Part shown: in pieces, positions 52,901 through 64,000 of the stretch
Layout: each line of letters starts with the position of its first letter
Numbering within the stretch: position 1 is the stretch's first letter
DNA from: Balanoglossus misakiensis
Lineage: Eukaryota > Animalia > Hemichordata
Length of the DNA stretch: 64,000 bases
NCBI GenBank assembly: GCA_040954595.2
Contig: CM082583.2
Span: 8,914,254-8,978,253 of the forward strand
Direction: 5' to 3'
Program-made: the position numbers and the translations under genes
Notes under the pieces: generated by a model
Told to the model about the DNA's origin: nothing
Databases searched by the model: none
Seen by the model: the letters and a program-made list of their open reading frames with translations, nothing else

Positions 52901-55900
52901 GGTTTAAACTAACCACTGTTACAGTAATGACCGTGATCATTTTCCACTGTGACTTTCACCACTGAAACCTGTTGTAACTTATTTTGCCGATAAGACAGTA
53001 CACCGTAAGGGCGTCACAGAAACTGATGAATGTGTGTGTATGTGTGTGTGTGTGTGTGTGAGAGAGAGATAATACCATGTTTCCAGCAGAAGTATGTGTG
53101 TCAGTGTCGCTATTCTCGCCCTGCCGTGATTTAAACACACTTCAGCTCATCACACCGCCCTTTGCTACACAGCTTGGTGGAAACATGCTGTGAATCACGT
53201 AATGCAGTCTGAGTCTGTAGTCTGTAAAGACTCTGTCCAAGCAGAGTTCAGTGTAAAGTGGTACAGCATGCAGAAAGTGGGATATAGCAACCCTTTACCC
53301 TAGACTCAACTCTGCATTATCTTTTATTGAAAACTCTTCTTACCTTTAAAATATGGACAGATACATTGTAGTTTACTTACTTCAGAGGGCACGCTGTGTA
53401 ACTGTCCTCGTCAGTGTGACAGTCATGTATATTCACCACTTAGATGCGCCAGTTATTTCAATTAGGCCAATAAAACCAATAGATTGTTTTTTGTGGTTTT
53501 GCTGTGTATAACACACTCCATGTAAAATTGGCTGTTTGGTTTCCGCTTCATAGCAACCGAATGTGTCATCGTGTTCCGATTCATCAGATTGTTTGATTGT
53601 TCGTCAGTCCCCTTCCAAAATCGTCTGTGTTCAAATTAGTTTGTCAGTGTCTTTCTTACTTAGCTGGGTTGAATTGGCTGGATGACTCAGAGATCACGTA
53701 CTTCCGCGCATCGCAAATGACTCGAAAGTTTAAACATGATGAAACAATTTACAGTTTGCTCGCCTTCCACTTAATACGCCTCGCAGCTGTTCCTTGTCAG
53801 TTATCGCCGAGACTGTTTTGGAATCAAACACCCACTTGGCCACCTCATCGGCTGCGGTTCTCTTTCCCAGACCCTTGCCGTTGTTTCCCCCTCGGGCCAT
53901 CGCGCCCCGTAAAAAAATAAATTGAAGGGGGATAGCCGTATGCTACGAAAGTCAGCCTCGAAACCTCCGCTGGTGCAGTTGGGGTTTCTGCCTTCATAAG
54001 AGACAGTGCCTGATTCTGTGCTGGGGCTCTGTAACATGAGTCATGTATGATGGATTGAAGGATCACGGAAAGGCCATCGCCAGAATTGATTTCAGGTTGT
54101 TCCGCGCGACGACAGATCATATACCATTTGATGTTTTGTCAATATAATTAAAATGAATAGTTAGCGTTGGGTGTGGTGCCCCCTGTCCGACCTGCGATGT
54201 TTTCCTCATCACTCCGCATCTCGGCAAACACTTCTTCATCGTTGCTTGCATTTTTTTCCCGCCCGCATGAAATATCTCAGCAGGGTTCACTTCCCAGTGA
54301 GTTTGTAATAAAACTGGCGTTGTTTGCTTTTTGAGGGGTAGAGTACGTTCAACATTTGCAAGAAGTGACTGATTCTTCCAGTCCATGTTTTCAACTGCGT
54401 GCGTGCGAAGTTTGGATCCGAGACATCTGTATCTCTTTGCGTTGTTTTAAATAAAATAAATCATGACCGAAGTCGCTTACATTTTTGGTCTTTTTTTGGT
54501 TTATTTTGATAGCTTGTTGTCTTCACTGATATATGCTCAATGAGCGGTTGTCACAGTGAACCACACTATTGTGATTATGATCATCAAAATGAAGTGAAAA
54601 ATATTGTTACCAAGACGTTTAAAAGGTTTTGAACATTTTCTCCATCAAGATTGATATTGGAGCTTGAGTTATGCAGTTACCATATTTCTTTCTCAGATGT
54701 TGAGAAAATTTGCTTTATGGGGTTTTTATAGCGTGGAACAAATGCTGCTTGCATAGCGCTCTTTAGCCGGTCAAATCTGTGCTTGATTATTGTTCTAGCA
54801 GCTATTAATCTAAACAGTCTGTCAGCAGCTCAGTCAAACATGGGTCTTCGCTTTCCATTTCAGACTTCAGCAGTTTATGTAATCTTCCGGTGTCCCTTTG
54901 ATCTGAAAAAGGCAACAGCGGTGTCCGCTGTTTTATGACTCGCCCCAATCAGTCGAGGCTGTTCTATTATTTTTCCCATGGTTGTGCAAGGGTGACTGAG
55001 GGCAAGTGAGATATGTGTCGAAGCGCTGGCCTGCTTGAAGGAGGGATAGTGACGGCCCCGACTGCCCAGAGTAGGGAATTTATGGCCGGGCGGATAGCTG
55101 GCATTATTGCAATAACTGCCACTGATACATGGCTCCTTCTGGAGTTGAAGAGGTGTCTGCTAGAAGTTGACATAGTTTACACTGATCTATGTCTGTCCTG
55201 GTGATATATTGTCGTGTTTCATCCCGAGAAGTGGACAAGATAAAGTGTTGATGGCCCGCATGTGTTGGGCCCAGGAATTTTAAGTACTTTGATATGTCTG
55301 GGGGAGTTGTTGACAGACTGGAGCTGGAGAGCTGCCGGCGGGAGGGCCCAATGACTGGCAGGAGGGTGGCCCGAATGGGTTCAAGTGGTTTCGGCTGTCG
55401 TGTCCCGGGCCCTGTTAAGACATGTCTAATTGTTATCCGATACGCCTTACCAAGTATATGTGCTGGTATACCACTCTGGGGTTTAGCGGGGCCCTGAGTT
55501 ACAACAACAGAGCAAGGGATCCTGTTACGGCTACAGCTGTTCTCATTAGGGCCCAGCTGCTACATGTCCGATTCTGTGACGCTGCGCTCCAAGTGGTTGG
55601 GAGAGAAACGCCTGGCATCCCACGTGACGGGGCTGGCTTTCTTCCCGCCCTGTGCTGCGCAGGAGGTGGAGAGAGTGGAGGACACGCATCGATGATGGGC
55701 AGAGCAGAGTAAGAGCGAGAGTCCCGGCTGCTAGATCTGATTACTAAGCAAATAGGCGATCTTCTTACAGTAAAGCCAGGAATGCTATGTAAACAACTGT
55801 AAAGCAGGCCTTGATAGGCCTTGGAAAGCAGTCAAGCTCAAAGAGGCTCCTTGAGGGGTCTGTGAAGTCAATGCACCGGTCCTGTGCCCTGACAGGACAC

Positions 55901-57888
55901 GGTTCGATTGCTCCGCATTATTAACTCCATACCCAATACAAATTTGCCGGCCGAGGATATCGGTTACACACGCGAAACCTCCTCTGTCACTCTGGTGTGA
56001 AACTTTACTCATAAAGCTCTTTACTGCCGGCTTCTCATTGCTTCACCATCCAGACTTCCCTTTTGAGAGTCTGAGTCATCTTCACACATTGTACGTACGG
56101 CCAAATTAACCAACACCAAAAAAATACACCAGAGAATGCTCTGCGTAGTGTGATATGCCCCTGGGTAGAGACCGGCCCGTGGTGTGGTTTGTTGACAGCT
56201 TGGCAAATTTCCTGGTCGGTGACAGATTGGAAACATACACCGGGAACAAAACCAGGCGTTGTTGATCTGTCGGTCGGTCGGTCGGGTGATCCGCATGACT
56301 TGGGGAAGTTGGCCGCAAACAGGAGGCGGTTACGAAAGTAGTTCATCTTGCATGCGGCAGTTGGCACGTCTTCCGGGCTTTGTGATAATTAAGAGTTTTT
56401 TGGACAGATTCCATGAGTCATGCTTCTCCCCACAGAGCAGGATTACAGACAGTTTATTGTGAGAAGTAGGGCGTAAAAAAAAACTGGCAAAGTTGTTATT
56501 GGGCATTTCAAGTTGACTTAGTTTACACAAAAAGTACACACATATGCCCGGCTCGTAGTGACCCTTTACGTTCGGTTCAAGGGAAGCAGTGCCCGGTGGT
56601 CACCCAGGCTTGGCTTGAACTCTCTAAATCAACACACTCCAACGGCTAAACATTTTAATGGCATTTTGCTATGAAGGGGCCGGTGACTTGTGGGTTAGAA
56701 TTTCATGGAGTAAATAGACCGAGCGGGCTCGATTGTCTGCAGTCAGCGACTTGAGAAACATGCCACGCAGCACAATAGCTGCTAAACAATATTTATTTTG
56801 AAGTGGAATTCTTTGCAGCAGTTGGCCGAGTAGAATAGGCAGGCCCTCTGCAATTGCCCAAGTGGTGTTTTTTTTTTTAAGTCTTTTTTTTTCAACGCCA
56901 CAACTGGGAGCAGTCCGCAAAACCAATCAAGGGGACCAGCTCTCCCCCTTTCCGCCACAATAGACGTCAATAGTTGGTATTTATAAAGCTAACTCAGCTC
57001 AAGGATATAGCGATGATTGAAAGCAACCATCGGTGACCTAAAACCCTGTTGCACGGATACATTCCGCTCGCTGCTGTCTGAAGGAGCCACTACTACCACT
57101 GCAGAAGATCAATTTCGAAAACTAGGTTTAATTCAAAAGTAATCCCTGGCAGATCTATCAAGTCTCTCTCACTCAACTCCCTCCCTCACTCTCTCACTCC
57201 AAAGTCTCTTCTCTTTTCTCAGACGGATTTCTGACCCCCTGTCTCCCAGCCAATCCATATCTTTATTACTGCCCTCTTCAGATCGTGTTCTCGTATCATC
57301 TCTTTGACCTGACTGGGAGTTGAAATGCCCTCCACGCTGTACGCATTCACTTCAGATGGGGACACAGAGCCCTCTGTTGTTGAAATTGTGTCTAGGCAAA
57401 CAGTGAAAGTAGCTCGACTCTGTGTGTGTGTGTATATGTGTAGTGCTGTCTCAACCTGTAGGTGTTCGAAGTGGTGCAGACCTCTCCAAGAATGAAATAC
57501 CACATCGATTCTGAAGTCATGTCAGTGTAACGTTTGAGAGAAGGCAGACAATTGGTTCGTCATACTTTGAAGTTCAAAGTTGAAACCATGGTAACCAGGA
57601 AGAAGGGGAACGCTCTTGACCATGACCAAGAACTTCAACAACAATCACATTTTAATAGGTGCCATCTGATATTAAAGCATCCATCCATTGCTGTAGAGCA
57701 ATTCCATTATAATTGTCTCCTGATGCATATATTCACATTGTATATCCAATGACACATGTTGTTCCCCAGAGGGGGGACATGATAAGTAATGATATTTGGG
57801 TTGTGGGAGTGGACGCTCTCTCTGGGTGTGTTTCCTTTCACTTATTCAAGCACTAATGAAGTCAAATTAACCCCATAAATTGGCCATG

Positions 57889-58071
57889 AAGTCGGACTTT
57901 GTGTGTAATTGCCCGACAAGACTTTTAGGAGTCCGCCATTGCGGGGTATTGTCAGACCGTAAAATTGAATGGGCAGATAAAAACTGATGGAGGTTGTACA
58001 ACTAAACAAAGCTGCAGTCGACATTAAATAACTTGAGTGCTTGTCTCTGATGACTTATCAAAGTCCGACTT
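57889..58071. repeat. Inverted repeat / degenerate MITE
   Basis: AAGTCGGACTTT (57889-57900) and AAAGTCCGACTT (58060-58071) are exact reverse complements, with further internal pairing GACAAG/CTTGTC. Confidence 0.45.
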
Positions 58072-61000
58072 TTGTTGGCGCAAGTGTAGGTGTCTAAAAA
58101 TAAACAGATTCTAGCGACTGGTTACAGCTAGCGTCAAAATTTCAAATATGTGATGGGGGCTGTTTGTTCCAGCACTCAACATGGGCAAGTGTTACGAACA
58201 TGACAGTACTTCAAGCTACAGTGCAATAAATGTCAGTGTGCAGTAAATTTGTGGACAAGGTGAACAACTTTTTGCATCCTGTTTAATTTTCTCATTAAAA
58301 TGACATTCCTGTTTTGTATTATTCATTAAAACAGTTTAAAGTCTGACTGCTGCTGTTTTCACCTATCAAATTGTGCAGAAACTGTGCGAAAATGACAGGA
58401 GTCGAATGTTTCAATATGAACAAGTTAACAAATAAACGGGTGTCACACCCCCACACACATCCCACCCTCACCCCACCTCCCCCACACACTGCTTGGTCAT
58501 GATATCAGTAGACAAGAGTAACATTTTCGCTACAGAATGTCACCTTGATGTCACCCAGCGATAACACACTCCCAGCGCTATTGTTTGTCAAATGAGAAAT
58601 ACAGTGAATTATATCCAACCCAGATAACATCTCCCATCCCCCAACCCTTTTGTAAATCCCACAAGCACAGCTTGAAACAGATACAAGTGTAGTTGTGGCC
58701 GTTATCAGCCCGGTTATCATTCCAACCAGTCCCCAGTTGCAGTAAGTCCATTAACACTTATCTGGCTAAACACCCAATCTCCACATCTCAGGAAACAGGG
58801 TTGTCTTACCTGAAAATTAATTCACTTGAAATTCCTCGGAGCCTTTCAGAACATAAAGTGCTATTTCATGTTACCGTGGCAACATTATCCCCTTAGTTTT
58901 AGCTGCAGGCTTGTGTGCCTCCGAATACTGTGTTCATGCTCGGTTTGTAATCTGGCAGATCATTTTTTGGAACCATTTTCAGTTGCTATGGTAACCAAAA
59001 GTGAAACCTTTCCAGTGAGTTTTTTAACTCTTCAGGCTAGCCATGTGTATTTAAGGGAAGAAAGAAAACAAAATTAGGCAGAGATAACATTACATCAAAT
59101 AAAACATGAATTCCCTTTTAATTTTTTTCTCCCTTTCTGACGTGTATCAAGACTCCATTATTCAGTAAGTTCGATCAATGAGACCCCTTTTGAAGAGATT
59201 CCCCACGGAGCACTGCAAACATCCACATTTTTATTCCGAGGGTGTGCGCACTGATGCCTTTACACGATATTACCCAGTTACAACATCAGCAAAGTAAAGT
59301 AATGAACAGGCATTAAAGTTTAATGAGGGGTTTCATTTTCCCTCCTGTGCAAAAAAAAAAAAGCTTCCTCGGCCCCAGCCAAAGGATGTGTGACTACTTA
59401 AACTGGGATCTGATTAGTAGGGAAGTTGTGTGTGTCTGATTAAACAGGCAACTGTCAGTCTGGCATGCATTGGGGAGAAATTTCCGTCTCAGGTGGCTTG
59501 TAATGTTTGCCCGCTTCCATTTATAATGTTGTGTTGGTTGTTTTTTTTCTTTTCTCGGGTATTAGCGTGAGTGATGGATGAGTGGGTGGTTCACTTTTTA
59601 GTGTCTGTCGAATCCTGACGGGGAGAGAAGGATTCTTGTCACGTGTTAATTTCCTGCAAATTCCGTTTGATGCGGTTTTGTCGGGATGCTACCCGACAGG
59701 CGCAGACAGGAGGCGGTTGATCCGCCATTGATGCTGTCTGCTTGCAGGAAATATTTCACACTTTTTTTAGTATGCAAAAACGATGTCCACATTTAAATGT
59801 GTTTTTCTCATTGAAGGGAAAATTGGAGTGCCTTTCATATAGAGATGTTTCTTATTTTGAAGATCAGAGGTTCAGCTAAGGGAGGGAGGTTGAGCATCTG
59901 AATAATGTTTGGTAGGACGTTCCATCCAGGGAGGAATTGCCTGTTTCTAGGCAACAGGATCCACATGAAGGCAGTGGAACGTAAAGAGGCTCTGTGAGTC
60001 TTGGACTGAATTTCTCTGAGCATGCACTCCACAAATTCATGAGAGGCTGATTTTAAGGCTGGTGTTATTTTTGGGGGGGTGGGAAGAGGCTGTGTGAATG
60101 AGCAAGAAGAGAGCGCGACTGCCAAGGAGGTTCGTGAAGTGGCCATGAATAGATCGGTGATCTCAGAGACAAGTGAGTGTCTCCGCACTTTTGCCGGTGG
60201 TGGTGATGCGGGAGATGTCGTCGTCTTAGTCATCACCGAGTGGTTGGTTGACTGGAGCTTAATAACATGCTTGTAAAAGTATTCGAATGAGAGATCAGTA
60301 ACAGTATTGAAGCCAAAAACTGCGCGACTGCTCTCGAAGGTGTTGCCTGCAGGACAGAAGTCAGGTGCTGATAACAGTGGAATGCGCTCTGGCAGACAGA
60401 AAAAGATAGATTTATCAAACTTTTTCTGTAAATAAAAAAAGCCTGTTCAGGCTAGATATAATGTGACACTTTGAAAGAATTGCTTCTTTCCATTTAAAAT
60501 AACTCGGGAATAAATGTAAAATATTCAGGAATTTGTACGGAATTTTTTGAAATTGTATATCAGACAGGTGGGTCGTAGCTTTCCCCTGGCTATGGAGTGT
60601 AATAACATATATGTATTAGTGTTGCCCTCCTGGCCAGAGAATAGCAATTAGGCACATACAGCTTGATCATAGACCGAAATAATTGATCGTGTTGTACGCG
60701 ACCAACGACCCGATCCTCGCCGACTTGTACAAAATTGCAAATAAACACATAAAATGCAAGGGAAAAGTATGGGGCTACTGAAATATGCATGAAGACAGCA
60801 CACCAGTGGAAGGACAGCTGGCCGGCCAGTCATGTAGAACTGGCGAGCTCATTCAAGCAGTGTGAAAGCCCTAGACCGTATCAAGAAGTATGGCTGCTAA
60901 TAGCAGGTTATAATTTCTCCTTTTATTAATTCTGTTTGTCTAGAGAGTCGTAAATATTTTCTCAGGACAGCTGTAAAGTTCTGGCGTGATACCTGTCCTG

Positions 61001-61437
61001 TGTTGAAAACCCTGTAACATTTCAGGTGTCCTGCATATGAATGCTCTCGGTACCAGATTCAACGTCTCTTAATATTTGCACTGGCAATTTCTGGGAAGAA
61101 AAATCAATTTGAAGTTAATGCCCACTGTATTAAGGTTTGTTGTGTCTGTCTGTTCAGCCATCTGTAACAAAACCCGCATTATCTTCTCAGGATATTTATG
61201 TAAGGTTTCTGCAGTATCTGAATTACTTTGTAATGTTCTGGCAAACACTGAGAAGAACCCTACTTACTGGATAAATACTAAATGACTACACAGTGTACTT
61301 ACAGCAACAATAATTATAATTGGTGCATGATTATATAAAATATTGGTACAGAATTTTTTCAGACTATTATTCTTCCAGTGAAATGCTGCTTATTCGCAGT
61401 TTCAAAGATGAAACTTTTGCAGTGGTAAATTTAAGTA

Positions 61438-61557
61438 TTAAAGAGACCGTGTGGCCTACCTGAGGCGGGTTGTCCTGGATTTTTGGATGGATGTACAATA
61501 AATGCACAAATAAAATTACCAAAATGATGTCGGGACATGGCCACTGTGTCCCTTTAA
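61438..61557. mobile_element. TTAA-flanked MITE with AGGGAC-type termini (Kolobok/T2-like)
   Basis: TTAAAGAGACCGTGTGGCC ... GGCCACTGTGTCCCTTTAA; a related short remnant TTAAAGGGACACAG...CTGCCCCTTT lies at ~34669-34705. Confidence 0.6.
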
Positions 61558-64000
61558 TGCTCAAAAATAATCTTCAGGTGTCTAGACTTACACAAATTTG
61601 ACAACCTCATTAGAATGACAAATTCTGTACTTGTCTTGTTAACGTGACAGACTTTGTCGTACTTCAGAAGTCATGATGTGATGTGAAAGTTTTGCGTTTT
61701 GGAGCCAAAAAGGGGAAAATTGAGCGAGACAGTGATGAGATACAGAGAAGGCAGGGCCAGGCACAGTCATAGTCACAATGCATCTCATCAAGTCACGCTT
61801 TTATTGATGTGCGCCCCGTGTTATACTATTTTGATATTCAACCAGTGGAGAACGATTCGTTTTCCCTGAGCTGACAGCATCTCTTCATGAAGGAGTGGAA
61901 TTGTGTGTGAAACCCATGTTAATGAGGGGGTTACGTTCCCCCCCCCCCCCCACATTGTGTCACTGTTTTGAGGAGTAATTTGAGCTGGGTCGTAAAATGT
62001 GAAGCGTGTCAACCTCCCTACAGGAGAACTACCCAGGGGTAAAGTTGCGGCCACCCTCTCCCCCCTGTGTCAGTCGCACGGGGAGAGATAAAACGACCGT
62101 GAGTGATGAGACAGTGACGCTGCCCCTACAAGAGCAATTTTTATCGCCATAACTTATCTGTTTTTACTGTCTGTTCAGTGTGTGCATCTTCGGCGCTAAC
62201 GTTAAATGAGTTTCGCTTTAACAGCCCGAGTTTTTACGAGGGCGTAAAATGAAAACAACGGGAAAATATACAGGCAATATACGACGCAAACAATTACCCA
62301 GGGATACTCCTGTGCGAGAAAAAGATGATTTGATGCTCGAGCACATGTAATGATTTTTTTGCTCCCACTGTATATGTAGCTTGTTTTAATGGGCAGAATA
62401 TTTTGAGCGCAGCCGACAGAGTACTTACAAATTGTGAAGGCCCACAAATGAAACCCCTAATGATGGCTCGAAAACGCAGCGAGCATGATCAGGCGATAGC
62501 TATGCAAACATGTAGCTGTCTCCCCGGGCTCAATTTTTACTGTGTGTTTCTGTAAACCAATATATTCAGACAGTAAAAAATAATGCCTTTTAAGGAGGAA
62601 GTGTTTGTTTTGAACTCGGCTCTGCTCCTCTCGCTGGGGAGGCCCCGCCTCGTCCACATCTCAATTTCTTCCCCCCCCCCCCCCCACAAACGACATTTGG
62701 GTGCATTCGAGGTGAAAGGTGCACTCGGCAGAAGGATATTAACATCACCACACAAGCAGTCACTCCACACTGACATGTCACACTCCAGCGGGCAGGCACA
62801 AAGAGAACGACCAGCCACCGTAATTAGCCCGAGCAGTTGTTACTTTCTTTCACGCACGACCGCGTCAGAGTCAGGGAGTTTTTATTATATTTGGAGTCAT
62901 TTCAGGATCATTTTGTCATTGTCAATTGTTGGCGCCTCGCATCTTTTGTCATGAATCTCCCTGAGCTGTCAGCTTAAAAATTCCACGCATGAAGTACTTC
63001 GATGTATATCTCTTTTCTCATTTACGCCGAATATCGCCAGTGTTTTGTATGGGAGTTACACACCATTAATTTCTCCTGCCCACCTGCCTTCATTTTACTC
63101 AATAACATTTGGTTAGCCGTTAGTGTTATTTTCTTCCCCCTTCTTCCCAGTGATAGGGGAGCTTCCCAAACAAATGTGTAGCAGTTACCGATTACCACAT
63201 TGTAGTAGAAGCCCCCTAATTGTGAATAAAAAAAACAGTGAGCCACTGTTTTGATCTCAGAAAAAAATGGCTGGTATGCCAAGCATTTCGTACGTTCCTT
63301 CCCTCCTGGACACACGTGAGAAAAAAAGCATTGTGAAATCAGCAATTTATTACGACATCCACCTGGGCATTAATTGATGTAGACACTCTTTTACCCAATG
63401 ATACTCCCGCCATAAACACGTATCAGAAAGTATCTTGAAACAGAGAAAGTGAAAGACCGGCCCGATGCGCGATTCACGATCAACAGCGCCACCAGGAGGA
63501 TGGCTAGAGAGATTACCCCCCCCCCCCCCCCGCCCGAAACCTATAATGCTGGCTTCATGCAGCCCTTACAAGGATTAAAGCAGCTTGGTTAAGGTCTAAT
63601 AGACATATTGATTGCATACACTATACATGCAGTGCTAGATTTGTGTACTCAAGAGGGGAGAATACCCGGGATAATTTGCCGAGAGTAACTGAGGCAGAAA
63701 CCAAAACAAGCCAGATGGCCACATCTGTTAGCGTAAATGTTTCCTTTCTCGTTCCGCACGCGGCGTATCGGTTGATTATAAAGTTTGCGACACCTGAATC
63801 AGATTTTGTTTAAGCATTCAGCGACCAGAGGCATTACGTGAGCACTCTCGGCGCAGGTAATCAACACGTTGTTGCAATTTAGGCCCAAACATTGATTTTA
63901 TCGCTGCAGATTGCATCAGTCGATAGAGAGACCCATGCGTGAATTCGACTGCTGTGGTCTAATGGGATTCCTAAGCCTGTACAGGGAATTTTTTTGGCAG

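Larger units (their letters stand above)
38389..64000 (+). other. Very large SMG5 intron 14 (>25.6 kb, runs off the right edge)
   Basis: Canonical donor ATG|GTAAGT at 38389. The expected next peptide (A.EEARRNRLMRDMAQLRLQ, then the PIN domain) was not found by eye or in the ORF track. Confidence 0.7.

Overview
Intron-rich animal (most likely invertebrate bilaterian) nuclear DNA, not prokaryotic, so most entries in the ORF track are exon fragments or noise. Gene order, built by hand from splice sites and remembered protein similarity: 5' part of TIMM44 (-), head-to-head with the DEAD-box helicase DDX59 (+; 13 coding exons, last intron a textbook U12-type AT-AC intron); a divergent tRNA-Leu(AAG)/tRNA-Thr(AGT) pair; the sugar transporter SWEET1/SLC50A1 (+); a ~9 kb intergenic region holding five diverged copies of an unexplained 55-95 bp hairpin-forming element interleaved with (CAT)n/(GAT)n tracts; two tandem intronless cholesterol 25-hydroxylase-like genes (-); a small orphan single-pass membrane protein candidate (-); and the NMD factor SMG5 (+). 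SMG5's first 14 exons end at 38388 and are followed by a >25 kb intron with no recognisable exon and many developmental-TF-like motifs; its PIN-domain exons were not found in the window. The best leads are the minor intron plus extra U12 5'-splice-site motifs in DDX59, the five-copy hairpin element array, the candidate regulatory block in the SMG5 intron, inverted piggyBac-type MITEs around one SMG5 exon, SMG5 uORFs, and a localized island of divergence between otherwise near-identical CH25H paralogs. No database searches or folding programs were run.
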